Assembly: GCA_951406725.2 (NCBI GenBank)
Contig: OX597841.1
Coordinates: 19,716,001-19,780,000, forward strand
Length of the DNA stretch: 64,000 nucleotides
Direction: 5' to 3'
Source of the DNA: Octopus vulgaris
Lineage: Eukaryota
The notes beneath the pieces are model-generated. The model was not told the DNA's origin and ran no database searches. It worked only from the letters and a program-made list of their open reading frames with translations. Below are positions 39,961-54,490 of this stretch, in pieces. A program made the translations under genes and the position numbers. The number at the start of each line of letters is the position of its first letter. Positions within the stretch are counted from its first letter, which is position 1.

Positions 39961-40800
39961 TATCTAGCCTAGGGCTATACAATTGCCCTCCGACAAAGGT
40001 TCCTCTCAGATACGCACACACATACACGCGTGCACACACACACACACACGTATACACACATGCACACGCACGTAAACACGTATACATATAGATACACACA
40101 CGCACAGATACACATACACACACATGCTCACAAACACTCACATGCTCACATACACACAAACAGACATACACATATACAGAAGCACACACACTCACACATG
40201 CATATGTACGCACACACACACACTCATGTGTAAGAGACTTTTTTAACCTAGGTCCAATGGGACATAACTCTTGTTGGATTTTCATAATTTTAAGGGAGGT
40301 AAGTTTGCTGTTCCTGCTTCATTGATGCGCTAGAAATAGTAGACAAATAACACTATCGTCTTTTAAAATGAAGGACACTTTACAAAAGGTGGAGAAACTT
40401 ATTATCAACAAAGTCATAGCATCCAATATTAGGTGTTTAGATTTTTTTATATCACATTAGAAGGAGAGAGAAAATATTGATAAAGGAAAATTCTTCACCT
40501 TCAATGTTTCTCAGCCCCCCTTTTTTTTTTTCATTTAAGGGCCCCTTTGATTTATATTTTACTCTATTGGAATCCCGTAGCCATTCGATATTAAAGAAAT
40601 CCTATTAACTTACGTATAAAAAAATGTATTGGAAGTGGATGAGGGTCAAAGTCGGAGGCCTTGAAAGGCAGACGACCGGCATTCAAAGGTTCTGCTTTGA
40701 ACACCTGGATATTTTAATAATTTTTATCGTAAAATGAGTTTCACACACACACACACACACACGCGCGCAGATGAAGTAAAGTATTATACACTTTTGTTTT

Positions 40801-41584
<784 letters not shown>

Positions 41585-41620
41585 GCTATGTGAACGATAA
41601 TGTATCTATGTATCTTTTTT

Positions 41621-42008
41621 TTTTACTTGTTTCAGTCATTTGACTGCGGCCATGCTGGAGCACCGTCTTTAGTCGAGCAAATCGACCCCAGGACTTATTC
41701 TTTGTAAGCCTAGTACTTATTCTATCGGTCTATTTTGCCGAACCGCTAAGTGACGAGGACGTAAGCACACCAGCATCGGTTGTCAAGCGATGTTGGGTGG
41801 GGGACAAACACAGTCACACAAATATATACACATACATATATATACATATATATACATGTATACGACGGGTTTCTTTCAGTTTCTGTCAACCAAATCCTCT
41901 CACAAGGCTCTGGTCGGCCCGAGGCTATAGTTGAAGACAGTTACTCAAGGTGCCACGCAGTGGGACTGAACCCGGAACCATGTGGTTCGTAAGCAAGCTG
42001 CTTACCAT
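41621..42008 (-). mobile_element. SINE family A copy
   Basis: Highly similar to 18899-19323. Confidence 0.85.
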
Positions 42009-42689
42009 ATATATAAATTTTGTGAACAAAAGTCGGGATGTGTGACGTTCAGTTACTCAACAAATGAAAAATGCATTGACTACTACAAAATGTACAAAAT
42101 GTAGGACAGACACAGAAGGACCCTAATTCTTCATCAGTTATCGACCAAAATACTTAACACTCAGTTTCATGCTTAAATGATAGGACCGAGAAGTTCGCAC
42201 ATCGCTGGCATCCGCAAAATTTGCGGAGATTTAGGGCTCGAGAAAGCAAAACAGTACAGAGTGGACGTAGGAAAGTAAAGAAATGACGCAGACAGAATGA
42301 ATACGGCCTTTCGACCCAACACAATGGTGGCGGGTAACGCCTAGAAGGAATCTTGAATGGACACAGGAGAAATAGGAAGAGAGGAGATGAATGGCGACCG
42401 GCAAGCTAAGCGTCCGGTGGCGAAAAGGCAGAGAGATGAGAAAATTAGTCACGGGTCACGCGTGGGCAGTAAATAGAAGGGAAGGAGGACGAGAGAGTGA
42501 CGGAGAGAACAGCGAAGGAAGGAAGGGAGAAAGTCTACAATTAAGAGCGAGAAGACGAGAGAGAGGAAGAGAAGAAGTTGGATGAGGAGAAGAGAGAAAG
42601 AAAGAAGATAGAGTCACAAAAAATATACGACTCTCCCCAGACAAAATAATACATAATATATATATATATTCCATATATATATATATATA

Positions 42690-42945
42690 TCACCTTGACC
42701 GACCAGTCCGTTAGGCGTCCATTTGACACCGCTGGTCACAGAACGCTGTCCACTCCTCTCTGGATCGCGCCTTCCTCATCCACGTGATCCCAATCATCCT
42801 CCTGAAATCGTAACTCCACCGTCGTGGAGGTCTTCCGGGTGGTCTTTTCCGCTCACGCGGGTACCACTCGACAATTGTGTGCGTCCACCGATTATCGGTG
42901 AGCCGGGAGACGTGTCCAGCCCATCTATACTTGTTGCGTGTCCGG
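42690..42945 (-). mobile_element. RTE LINE 3' fragment
   Basis: Minus strand: RWAGHVSRLTDNRWT..IVEWYPRERKRPPGRPPRRW. Confidence 0.8.
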
Positions 42946-43054
42946 CTTTTAGTCTTATATCTATAAGACTGCCATATTAATATGGCGATAACAATTAATT
43001 TCCAGTAACGCTGCCGTAATCTCTTTTAGAGAGACTTAGTAATTTTAATATTTC

Positions 43055-43096
<42 letters not shown>

Positions 43097-43382
43097 ACTA
43101 GCCACGCCATACACACATACACACACACGCACACACACACACGTGTCATCATTGCACACATACACACACACGCTCACACGCTGACCTCCCCGCACGACAC
43201 ACACCCACACACATTCCCCCTCTCACTTTCTTTACCATACTGTATTTGATAAACTCTCCTGTCTTTAAAAAACATTATTATTCTTCTACCTTACTACTTC
43301 CATCTTTCAATATGTGACCTCGTGAGTACCACCGGCGATTTTTTTTTCCTCTGTCTTCCCTTCTCGGGATCTTTCCTTCTAT

Positions 43383-43417
43383 GTTTCCGACGAAGAGCTC
43401 CGCTCGAAACGTTAAAC
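43383..43417 (+). ncRNA. Minimal hammerhead-like motif (U4C core) in a Penelope-type terminal fragment
   Basis: gttt-CCGACGA-a-gagc-tcc-gctc-GAAACGTT-aaac. Decayed relatives on the minus strand at ~15502-15538 and ~32702-32738. Confidence 0.5.
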
Positions 43418-43518
43418 CCTCCTTCTTCGCTTCTTTCCTGAGCGTCCAATAATACTTCATTTGTTCCACGTCCTTGCGTTTTTTTTTTTTCTTGTTTGGA
43501 TTAACTTTATATATATTA

Positions 43519-43579
<61 letters not shown>

Positions 43580-44110
43580 TGTTGTGTCTGGAGAAAGTCA
43601 TTCTCTTTTAGTTTCTTATTAACTTAACACACGCACTGGTTCGATTTCCACTCATTTCCTTTGTTATTTTTCTAAAATTTTCGTTGCGTCCTGCAACCTA
43701 TTCATTAGTCGTTGACTCTGTCCGTTATTGGAGCTGTGTTCTTTTTGTTTGTTTGTTTGTGTGCATGTGTGTGTGTCAGTGTGCACGTGTATACACATAT
43801 GCATGTATATATGCATGTGCGTGTATGCATGTATGTGCATGTATGTGTATATGTAAGCGTTTATGTGCTTTTGCAAGTATGTATGTATTCTGCATATTTG
43901 TGTATTTGTACGTGTGTATATTTGTGTGTTCGTATGAGTGTGTGTGCGCGTGCGCGTGCGCACTCATGCACACATACAAGCACACAAACATGAATATACA
44001 AACACATGAACATGGAGAATACATACATACTTGCAATCAGACGTACACACACACTTACACATACATGCACATATACATACATTCATAGACGCACACACAC
44101 ACATAGATAC

Positions 44111-44141
<31 letters not shown>

Positions 44142-44214
44142 CATACACACACACATACATACACATATACATACATACATACATACATACACATACACAC
44201 ATAGATACATACAT

Positions 44215-44249
<35 letters not shown>

Positions 44250-44449
44250 TACATACATACACATATACATACATACGTACATACATACACACACACATAC
44301 ATACACATATACATACATACATACATACGAACATACATACATATATACATGCATACATACATACATACATATATACATACACACACACACACATACATAC
44401 ATACATACATACATACATACATACATACATACATACATACATACATACA

Positions 44450-44485
<36 letters not shown>

Positions 44486-44504
44486 CACACATACATACAT
44501 ACAA

Positions 44505-47500
44505 GCATACCTAGGAGAAGTCTACACTGAACAAAGTAACGAAATTACTAAACGGAAACAACCTCGATGGAAACCAAAACCTGAAGAGAACATCAACAAC
44601 GCGCACCGCCATCTTGGATGGTTAGCTACAACAATAAAATGTAAGGAGAAGAATGAGTTTACACCTCACCAACTCTACCTTTGACAAAAATTAACGAAAC
44701 TTTATGGCAACTCTTCACACCGAGCTCTTGAGGCAAAGCTAATCACTTTAAAACATGAACTCAGGGCAATGAGCGAGAAACTCCGCTATCGCATGCGAAT
44801 TTTTGAACGAGCCAGTTTTAATCGCAGGTTTGCTTCCAACCCACGAGCATTTTACAGAGAGATGAGGAAGGAGAACATTTCCATTAAGAAAGTTCCCTCC
44901 CAAGAAGACCTACAATCATTCTGGTACAAAATCTGGAACGAAAAGAGGAATTTCAAACTGAATGTATCATGGTTCAATACAACCGAGAGAGAATATTATA
45001 TCAACACCATCAGTAAAACATACAACATTGATGGAGATATCTTCGCTACAGCAGCAGGCAAACTGCACATGGAAGGGACCTAATAGTTGGAGATCGGTAC
45101 AAAAAGCTGACATTGTATAGAAACCAATTGATAAATACGTTCAAAAGGACTATGAAAGGTCAGACTGATAGACTAAATTGGTTTGCTACAGCATGGACAG
45201 ATCTTGTTGCCAAAAATGAAATCACTGAGATGGCAGGAAACTACAGGCCCATTGCTTGCTTAAATATTATGTACAAACTGTACACAGGTTGGCTCAACAA
45301 AATCCTCCTGGGCCAATGGGAGTCGAACAACATTGTGACTGATGAACAGACTGGTGGGAAGAAGGGAGTGTGGGGCTTGGCCGAACACATTCTAATAAAC
45401 AAAACTGTACTATCTGAGGTAAGAAAACAACTTAGAAACCTTGTGACAGTATGGCTTGACTATAAGAAGGTGTAGCGTACACACACGAGTGAAATTCCTT
45501 TCTCCTTTTATTATGCATTCGAACGTAGCAGGGAACAGCTAACCGTTGGCCGCTACTTGGACCCCGTTCTGTCCACTACTTTGATTGGTTGGTATTGACG
45601 CAATTTGTCTCTTACTCTGTCGCTCCAATTAGCCGCGTATAACCAATCGGAGCCTCTAAATAAAATCACGTGAGACAGCTTGTTCTCAACCCAATTTTGA
45701 TCCTACAGCTCCTTATAAAACCCCAACTTCTCTTCGTCCAACAGCCTTACGGCAGCCTCAATCTTTGTCTCCACCATCATCTTCAACGTCGTCAACATCA
45801 TCTCTACGAACACATCCCAACCAACAACTCGCCCACATCCCAACACTCCACTGTTCGTGAATCACTTCGCCATGGATCAACAGCGAATATCCAACCTGCA
45901 ACGACTCCTCTACCAATCACCCAGACGGCAACATCACCTACGACCTGTAAACAGCTCAGCATAATGGCTGCCACTTCTTCATACAGTATTTCAACTACCG
46001 TGTACAATTCACTACGAACTGCTATTCTCATTCTTGTGTCTATGAACTTCTCACTTCGATGCTTATACACTCTTTCACTGTCTTTTTCATTGCCATTCTT
46101 ATATATTAACACGCGCACACATCTATGCTTACACACGCACACACATACACTTTGTTCTCGTGACGGCCTGTCTATTATTTGGTGTACATGATGTTCACAC
46201 AGTCACACACTGTTATGTGTAGTTTGGGTTCTAATGGGATAGACAACCAAATGAAAACCATTGTTATTGTTTACGTGTTTATTGACTTCTCATGATACAT
46301 GGACTCGACATTCAGCGTAGTGATACATAATATACTTTACACACAGTTGTACTGTTCACTAACAAAATAGTGCCAAGAGTGGGGATGTAGTTTGGCATAC
46401 GTAAACACATAGATATGAATGTGTAACACACATGCTTACATATGAATAAATCTTCTCCTAATCATTCTACCCGGTTGTGTCTCCCTTTTCTCTCAGGCAT
46501 TTATATGTACTATTCATTTTAGATTTATTGTATCGACCGTCTGATGTACTAAACAGCCATTCTCGTCACCTCGCATCACATGGTCCTTACAAAGGCATTC
46601 GACTCCATCCCTCATTCATGGCTGTTGAAGTACCTACATCTGGTAAAGGTACCCACTACCTTAATTGCTGCTATAGAGAGACTCACAAAGACATGGAGGA
46701 CAATTCTTACCCTCACAACTGAGAACAGAATAATTGTTTCTGATAGAATAGGCATTTCAAAGGGGATATTCCCGGGAGATAGTTTTTCTGTACTTCTTTA
46801 CATTTGGGCACTGAATCCATTATCGTTCCTACTACAGAAAACAAATGGTTCCATGCTTGGATCTTCAACTGCTAGAAATATCAATGGAACTCTTGATTCC
46901 TTTGTAGACGACCTCAAGATTTCTGCTAAAAGTGTTTACAATGCCAAAAAACAGTTGGAATTAATAACATTTTCATTTGATACAGGCATGGAATTTGGCC
47001 AAAAGAAATGTCCATATTTGGTTATAGAATGAGAAAAGTCAGTCCCCCAAACCCCAAACCTGTGCACCAACGGTCTCTCTATCTCCCCCATTCCACACAA
47101 AGGCATTGACGAAAATATATAATATGAAAGCACACTGAATGAAAATTGAGTGACCCGGGAATATTCCACCAGACTTAGAAAAATACGGCAGTCGGAACTC
47201 TCCTCTTACAACAAAACATTATCCCACAATGCATTTGCAGTACCAGTGCTGATCCCAACATTTGGGATACTTGAATGGTCTGTAGAGGAAATCCACTCCA
47301 TAGATATCAAAACCCGCAAAATCCTGGCAACAACTAGGAACTTCCACAGAAACAATGATGTTGACAGGCTCTACCTAAGAAGAAATGAAGGCGATAGAGG
47401 CCTGAGATAAGTGCAGACGGCCTTCGAATACCGTACGGTATTACTCAGGCAGCACTGGCTAAACAACAGTAGCAAAAATTAATATATAAATGCAGCGCTG

Positions 47501-48470
47501 AAAAGTAAAGTTAGCAATATTGTACGAGTTGGCAGTGAACTCCTCAAGAAACACTCTCTTCCTGATGATCTCCTATACAGGCCCAAAACAGCTGGACCCT
47601 CTTACCCCAGAAAGACCTGGATGGAAAGCATTCAGTAGACAAAAAAGACTATGCCCGGAAGCTTGAAGAAGACAATAGAATTGACATGAAGCTCAGCCTC
47701 TCTTGGACACAAGACCTCTACATCACATCACACTTTGAAGGCTATGCGTTTGCAATCCAGGAACAGGAGATTGCCAGAAAATACCTGGTGAACAAGAGAG
47801 TTAGTGACGCTCTTGTAATCCCAAGCTGCAACCGCATGTGTAGGCTATGTCATGATTTTGTGGAAGACATCACAAATGTGATTAGTAGCTGTCCTAAAAT
47901 GTCATCATGGTACTTCCTCCCTATGCAGCATGTTGTTGTTGCTAAAACAATTTACAGCGCCATCTGCAAGGAAGACTGTCTTGAAATAAATTTCCCTGTT
48001 ATGGAATACACCAATTCAAGGAACATTGGTGGAATATTCCCATCAAAACTTCTGTCGAATATAGACGGATATTGTTGTTTGGAACAGAGGGGCAAAGGTA
48101 TGTACCATCATAGAGGTTAGATGGCCTGCAGATATAAATATCTCTTTGAAAATCAAAGGAAAATAGGATATCTAAGGATGACTGATTCGAAACCTCCAGC
48201 TTCTACATCCAGATTATGAATTCATATTCATACCAATAACAATTGGAGCACTAGGTTTTGTTAAAGGAGAATCTGGATAAACTAGGATTTTCAGAAAGAG
48301 AAATCGATCGGCTAATTCGGATGACAAGTGCAATCTGTGAGTGGAACAATAAAAATATGCAAGACTTTTCTTAAGTTCCAAATGTGAATTTGTCTGTATT
48401 AATACATCCCAAAGATGGAGCTTTGTATCTTTGTTGGAAACCGGCACCCTCCTCAATGGAGGCGCCCTCC
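44505..48470 (+). mobile_element. Decayed R4/Dong-like non-LTR retrotransposon (RT + CCHC knuckle + restriction-like endonuclease), split by an LTR insert
   Basis: NYRPIACLNIMYKL, WLDYKK|AFDSIPH, GIFPGDSFS, FVDDLK, RLYLRRNEGDRGL, CRLC...E.ITNVISSC and D-I-V-V...IIEV. The 5' end abuts a (CATA)n tract. Confidence 0.85.
45471..46591 (+). mobile_element. Solo-LTR-like insertion with 4-bp TSD
   Basis: TGTA...TACA termini, AAGG duplicated at 45467-45470 and 46592-46595. Removing it rejoins YKK-AFDSIPH. TATAAAA at ~45714 and AATAAA at ~46445. Confidence 0.85.
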
Positions 48471-48725
48471 TCTGTGTGTGTGTGTGTGCGTGTGTGCGTG
48501 TGTGTGTGTGTGCGTGTGTGCGTGTGTGTGTGTGCGTATGTGTCAACGAATTACACTCACAAGGTATTGCTTGATCTACTTCCACAGGATTGAGCTTTAG
48601 CTGACCGCATTCACGCAGTGGTTCAGAGTCCTTGACCACTTCTGCTCAATCAAGAATGCCTTGGGGGTGGGGATTAAACAACAACAATAACAACAATTAG
48701 TATTCAGTGTCCAATTAGACGATTG

Positions 48726-48731
48726 TTTATT
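48726..48731 (-). terminator. Putative polyadenylation signal of the CRISP-like gene
   Basis: AATAAA on the minus strand ~130 nt downstream of the stop codon. Confidence 0.6.
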
Positions 48732-48861
48732 AACATCTTACAGAAGATTTCCTTTGGCTAAGTATTTGCAACCAGTGTTACAAATTTTAAAAAATCTACT
48801 CTGCGAGTGAAGGGCTTAGATTCTTCTTTCCTAACCAAAGACCGTCAATGTTGCTTCTGTT

Positions 48862-48974
48862 TCAGCAAGATCTACAGGATTTCCTGCAGTTCGTTCTCAT
48901 ATAATTTGGGTTGTTGTTGCATTCTCCCATATCTGCCCACATTTTGCAGTTCTTGTTAAGGTCAGGACAAGGAT
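48862..48974 (-). CDS. CRISP-like protein, last coding exon: ShKT domain
   Basis: ttttaaag|AT...TGA. (D)PCPDLNKNCKMWADMGECNNNPNYMRTNCRKSCRSC* has the six-Cys ShKT pattern C-x-D-x4-C-x2-W-x4-EC-x2-NP-x-YM-x3-C-x-KSC-x2-C. Phase 1 matches the upstream exon. Confidence 0.92.
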
Positions 48975-49379
48975 CTTTAAAAAGAAATTAAAATGCTTTT
49001 CACAGTACTATTAATAGAATCACCAGGTTGAGTGAAATTCTTTTATTTCAATATTTCAATTCTTTCTAATGTATTTACTTAGACTTTTATTATTTCATAC
49101 TCTGTGTGTGTGTGCGTGTGCGCGCGCAGTGGAAGTGGGGTGGTTCATCTTTGCTCGCTAGTATTTGGGTTTAATTTTTTTTTGATTTGGTTGAATCTTG
49201 GTTGCTTCTTTTTTTTGTTGGTTTGTTGGTCAATTAGTTTTAGTGTTTGGCAGAAAAAAGTCATTTTAAAATTGATTTTTTAACGTAAGCGTGCCCAAAC
49301 AAGTCGAATGCTTACACAGAGCAGGTTTTACAACCACATCATCCAAACCGACCGGGTGAAACCGGGCTTAGCTGCTAGT

Positions 49380-49443
<64 letters not shown>

Positions 49444-51265
49444 ACAGTTAAAACAGTTTGGTATGGTTCTATATGACGTAAAGATTCGCAGGACCCCTAA
49501 CAGAAACCCGCCTCTTTCAGGCTTTGGATTGCCATTGCATGGAACAGTTAAATAATACATGCAGCTCTTTCTAAATGTGTTGAATGTCCTATACATCTAT
49601 ATACGCACATGCGCATGTGAACGAGCGCGCGTACCCTGGATATGACTATAAACTGCTTCCGGAAGAAGGGCCTTGCTTCAGGAATTCTAAGGTTTTGAGG
49701 AGAGTGGAATCACCTGTTATCCATCATGTGAAGGCGCGTGGCTTAGTGGTTAGGGTAATGGACTCGCGATCGCAAGATTGTAGTTTCGATTCCTGGGCCG
49801 GGCGACACGTTGTATAGAACACTTTATGTCACGTTGTTCCAGTTCACTCGGCAAAAATCAGTAATTCTGTAACAGACTGGTGTCTCGTCCACGCGGGGAA
49901 TATACGCGCCATGGAAACCGGGAGACCGGCCCTTATCACTCGAGAAGGTAACTTTACCTTACTTTTGATAGCCACCATTGATCCCAGTTCTATCCCAAAC
50001 CGCAGTGGAAGCATCTGTTAGGGTCTCAGGTATGACTTAATTGGCCATACCTGAGACAGGTAGGGCTTGCCTACCTGTGCATGTAAAAGACGAATCTAGA
50101 AGACGCTACAGAAGAAGCAACAATGCAGTATAGAGTGCAGAGAGCAAGATGAGGCAAGCAAGACATGTTGGTCATCCACTGCATCCGTCTCCATCCCCAG
50201 TCGTCTTGTCCTGGTCTTGCCACTGGACTGAATATAATTACAGACAAGAGAGTGAGGTTGATGGTGGGCAACTTTTCTTCACTTCGAAGTCACTGTGCAA
50301 GTCATCGGTCCTCGTCTCCGCCACCGATCAACATGGAATATGTATATATAAAAGTGCACGACGCGTGTCTGACTTCGCCACGGTGTCACCGTTCACATAG
50401 CTTGAGATTGCTAGGCTGTCGTTTCGACGTTTCTGTGGGGAACTACAACAGGGATGAGATCGCCGACCTCGTCGGGTTATATATCTTGGATACCCCCAAG
50501 AAACACACTCACCCACACAGGTCGGCCCTTTCCAGGGACGACGGACAATGTAAACTCGTACAAGTTTACATTCTCCTAGAAGTAAGTTCTTATGAAAAAA
50601 AGAGGTTCTTCACTCCCAGTGGTTTATATGTTGGTTAAGCCATAGGTGGAAACCTAACTGGTTGGGAACCTCAGTGGCTAAGAACTGGTTCCACATTCTT
50701 CAAACACTTGGAACTCCCGTTGTGGGGCCCTACTACTGGATTCAGGTTAAATTCATATCCGGGTTACTGAAGCCCTAATACTTTATCTTAAACATACAAT
50801 CTTGCCCCACAAAATGATGCCTGATGTTATTTTAATACAAGGTAAAGAGACGGAGGTGAGTGCGCGCGCGTCTTTGTTTTTGTGTCTGTCCCTCCTCGTC
50901 ATTGCTTGGCAACCGGTGTTGGTGTGTTTACGCCCCTGTAACTTAGTGGTTCGGCAAAAGAGACCGATAGAAAAAGTACGAAGCTGAAAAATAAACAAAT
51001 ACTAGGATTGATTTGTTCGACGATAAAAACCCTTCAAGGTGGTACTGCAGCATGGCCGCAGTCCAATGACTGAAACAAGTAACAGAATACAATGTTAGCT
51101 CAAAATACTTTCACCTGATCTAATTCTGATATATGATGGCATCGACATAAAGTTGCCCAATACTTTATTAATAATATATAATCTCGGCAAATAGGAAATG
51201 CTACCCGTTTTGCCCATCAAAAGAGAGTATCTACTTCAGCATTATATACACAGGGGAAGACTTAC

Positions 51266-51295
51266 CCATGGCTGCTACGTCACCTGAATGTCCTC
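51266..51295 (-). CDS. Probable 30-nt symmetric micro-exon (linker G-GHSGDVAAM) of the CRISP-like gene
   Basis: Strong acceptor tcttctatcttttcccag| and consensus donor G|gtaagt. Only the phase 1-1 frame is open, and it matches the exon 4/exon 5 junction phase. Confidence 0.65.
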
Positions 51296-51719
51296 CTGGG
51301 AAAAGATAGAAGAGTTTCATATAATTTCTAGCATAAATTATAAATTCACTTTTACGCACATGCGCACACGCGTTTCCTTCATTTTGTACCACGTGCAGAT
51401 AAGTATAACCTGAAGACTGGACTGCAAGTGTCAATAAAACAATAGCAGCCCACTTGATAAGTTCACCCATGTTGATGCGCATGCGTGTGTGTTTGTTTCC
51501 CCATGCTTGAAACCGGTGCTGGTTTGCTTATGTTCTGGGAACTTATCAGTTAGACAAAAGAGAACAGATGGAATAAGAACGTGACTTTTAAAAAATTTAT
51601 GCTGGCAACAATTTGTTCGACGAAAAACCCTTCAAGGTGTTGCTCCAGCATGGCTACTATCCAACGACTGAAAACAGTAAAAGGTAGAAGGTAAAGTATC
51701 TAGCGGCACTAGTCATCGA

Positions 51720-52075
51720 ACCCACTCAGGGCATGCTGGAGATCACCTTCTGATGAGCCAAGTGGCAGCATATCGTCTAGGAATACCAGCCGACCAATCC
51801 TACACTTGTGATATCACTTCCAAAACAGCCGCGCACGTCAATCCAGTTCATAAAATTTTGAAAATGGTGGTGATAAAAGGCACCCCTGCCGATGTCCAAC
51901 GCCACATTGGAAGGTTTCTGCTTTGCGCCATTTATCCGAACACAAACATCTGTGCATTGATATAGGGATTTCACGGCAACCAGAAGTTTTCCATTAATCC
52001 CAGACTCATGTAAAACCCTACACAGCATCGGATCATATGTCTTTCAAGGTCTACAAAACAATGTACATCTCTTGG
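51720..52075 (-). mobile_element. LINE RT fragment
   Basis: LCRVLHESGINGKLLVAVKSLY...CVRING..KP, preceded by a VDLExxYD-like motif. Confidence 0.65.
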
Positions 52076-52379
52076 CTATATCCTTACGATTTAAGGTGGT
52101 GACCTGACAGAATCGTTAGCACGCCGCAAAAAATGTTTAGCGGTATTTCGTTCATCTTCACGTCCTGAGATCAAATTCCGCCGAGATCGAATTTACCTTT
52201 CAGCCTTTTGGGGTCGATGAAATAAGTACCAGATGATCACAAGAGTTGATTAAATTGACTTACGCCCATCTTCGGAATTGCTGGCCATGTGCTAAAATTT
52301 GAAATCTATTATTGCTTTCGTTATCTATAAAAGCCAACGCAATTTGTCTTTATGCACAATAATGTCTTCTGTTAAACAT

Positions 52380-52800
52380 TTGCGGGTGTTGTTCGATTAA
52401 TTCTTGTTGTTGGCTGCGTCTCGTGTTTCCGAGCTTGCAATCCAGTTCATTTTTCTGGGTGTTTGAACCGCAGATGGCTTCGCAATCCAAGAGTTGCATG
52501 AAACATACGGGGACATTGTGGACAAGGGATAAAAGGGGCTGGTTTGGAAAGGAGAAGGCACTGCTTTCTCTCCTGTCTCTTGAGTTCAGCTCTCGCGACT
52601 CGGGCTTTCTCGAAGTCCGCAGAACCCGTTTTGATGGTGTGTCTCCAGAGGGGTCTGTTTGCCGAGATATCTTCTCTGTGTGCGGGGTCGATATTGGTGC
52701 TTTTTCAGGGTTGATTTGAGTTGGTCCTTGTACCGCCTCAAGGGCGCTCCACGAGGACGTTTTCCTTCAGACAGTTCACCGTAGAGACAGGTCACGGACG
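52380..52800 (-). mobile_element. RTE LINE 3' fragment
   Basis: CLYGELSEGKRPRGAPLRRYKDQLKSTLK. Confidence 0.8.
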
Positions 52801-53202
52801 TGACCTGACCATCGGAGGTGATGTTCAATGATCATTGAACACTGAACATTGATTAATTCTACAAGCAGAACAAGAAACATATTTTCATTCATTAACTCAA
52901 CCAGCTACCAGTGTAACCAACAACAACAACAATACCTACACAACAATGTTTACATACATAAATACATACATACATACATACATGCATACATACATAAAAA
53001 CAAAGCATAAACCTCCACATGCACTGACTCCAAATACCATACATATACACACATATATACACAAATACCCTATTGAGGTTGTTGAAATTCCAATGAAGAG
53101 CCTTTGATCTGGGTTAGAAACAGGTTCTTTCCCATTTGGCAAAAAAATCTTGAAATAAAACTGAATAATGACATACATACATACATACATACATACTTAT
53201 AT

Positions 53203-53367
53203 CGTGGCTGTGTGGTAAATAGCTTAATTACCAACCACTTGGTTCTGGGTTCAGTCCCATTGCGTGGCACCTTCGGCAAGTGTTTTCTACAAAAGCCTCG
53301 GGCTGACCAAAGCCTTGTGAGGTGATTTGGTGGATGGAAGCTGAAAGAAGCCCGTCGTATATATATT

Positions 53368-53425
<58 letters not shown>

Positions 53426-53613
53426 TGTATTTGTCCCCCCAACATCGCTTAACGACCGATGCTTGTGTGATTACATCCCCGTAACTTAGCGGAGACCAAT
53501 AGAATAAGTACTAAGCTTCCAAAGAGTAAGTCCTGGGGTCGATTTGCTCGACTGAAGGTGGTGCTCCAGCATGGTCGCAGTCAAATGGCTGAAACAAATA
53601 AAAGAATAAAAGA
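53203..53613 (+). mobile_element. SINE family A in intron of CRISP-like gene
   Basis: Full head/core/tail, ending ~20 bp from the exon-4 donor. Confidence 0.85.
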
Positions 53614-53635
53614 AAAGCTATAAAATGTATCTTAC

Positions 53636-53727
53636 CGTTACATAATCCCTTGGAACATCTACCAAAGTTCGCCGGACATTTGGAGCAGGATCTGCCAGGT
53701 GTGTATATATTATTGCCAATGTTTCCT
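53636..53727 (-). CDS. CRISP-like protein, coding exon 4 (Cys-rich hinge)
   Basis: ttttag|A...G|gtaaga, 92 nt, phase 2-1. GNIGNNIYTPGRSCSKCPANFGRCSKGLCN matches the GN...Y..G..C..CP....C..GLC hinge. Too short for the ORF track. Confidence 0.9.
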
Positions 53728-53803
53728 CTAAAAATTACAAAGAGACAGAGTTATATGTGGTTTTCTTTGAGTGGCTGCTGTTGTCAGTGCTTATGTATGA
53801 GTA

Positions 53804-54311
53804 CCGTAAATCCTCGAGTATAACCCGCATTTTTCCCCCAAAAATTTAAGGGTCAAAATTCCTAGTGCGTACTATATACGAGGTTAAAAATGAAAGCAAT
53901 GTCCGAGTCTCTATTTGCTGTCTGGCAATGTTTATTCAGACGCATTTTGTGATGCCGGGTACGAAAATCCCTTAAGCTAAGCCTGAAAGCAATGAAGTCA
54001 TAAAAGAATCATCCATAACTTGCAGTAAGCAACATTTATTAAACGTTATTACTGTTATTTCTTTATTTTCTGCAAACAAAATGCACGAAAAAGCTACACG
54101 TTTGCATTATGTTATATATACAATAATAATAAAGGACGTTACCATATACACTTTTACAAACCAAGGACGTTATATAGACCTCCTTGACTCAAGTTAGAGA
54201 AGGGATGCGTATTATACACAAGGTTTAAGTTTTTCAAAGGTACAGTCCCCCACCCCATAAAAATCCCCTGCGTATTATACTCAAGGGCGGACTATACTCG
54301 AGGATTTACGG
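53804..54311. mobile_element. Tc1/mariner-pogo-type MITE
   Basis: TIRs CCGTAAATCCTCGAGTATA / TATACTCGAGGATTTACGG flanked by TA TSDs, with subterminal cgtattatac repeats. Confidence 0.9.
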
Positions 54312-54457
54312 TATATATATATTCAAAAATGTTCGTATATATACAAATAGATGGACAAACGAACGGACAAACAGGGCGGACGGATGGACAGACGCACGGA
54401 CAGGCGGGTGGGCGGAAAGGCTATCAGATAGATGAATGGACAGACGGACGGACAGTG

Positions 54458-54490
<33 letters not shown>

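Noticed and set aside
50166-50635. Possible insertion bounded by an atgttggt direct repeat
   Set aside because: No TIRs or LTR termini were recognised, and the 8-bp match may be chance.
51231-51482. 83-aa ORF with signal-peptide-like MGELIKWAAIVLLTLAVQSSG, a possible nested peptide gene
   Set aside because: There is no recognisable mature domain, and the ORF runs through a polypyrimidine tract and the micro-exon splice sites. It is better explained as intron plus micro-exon, though not fully excluded.
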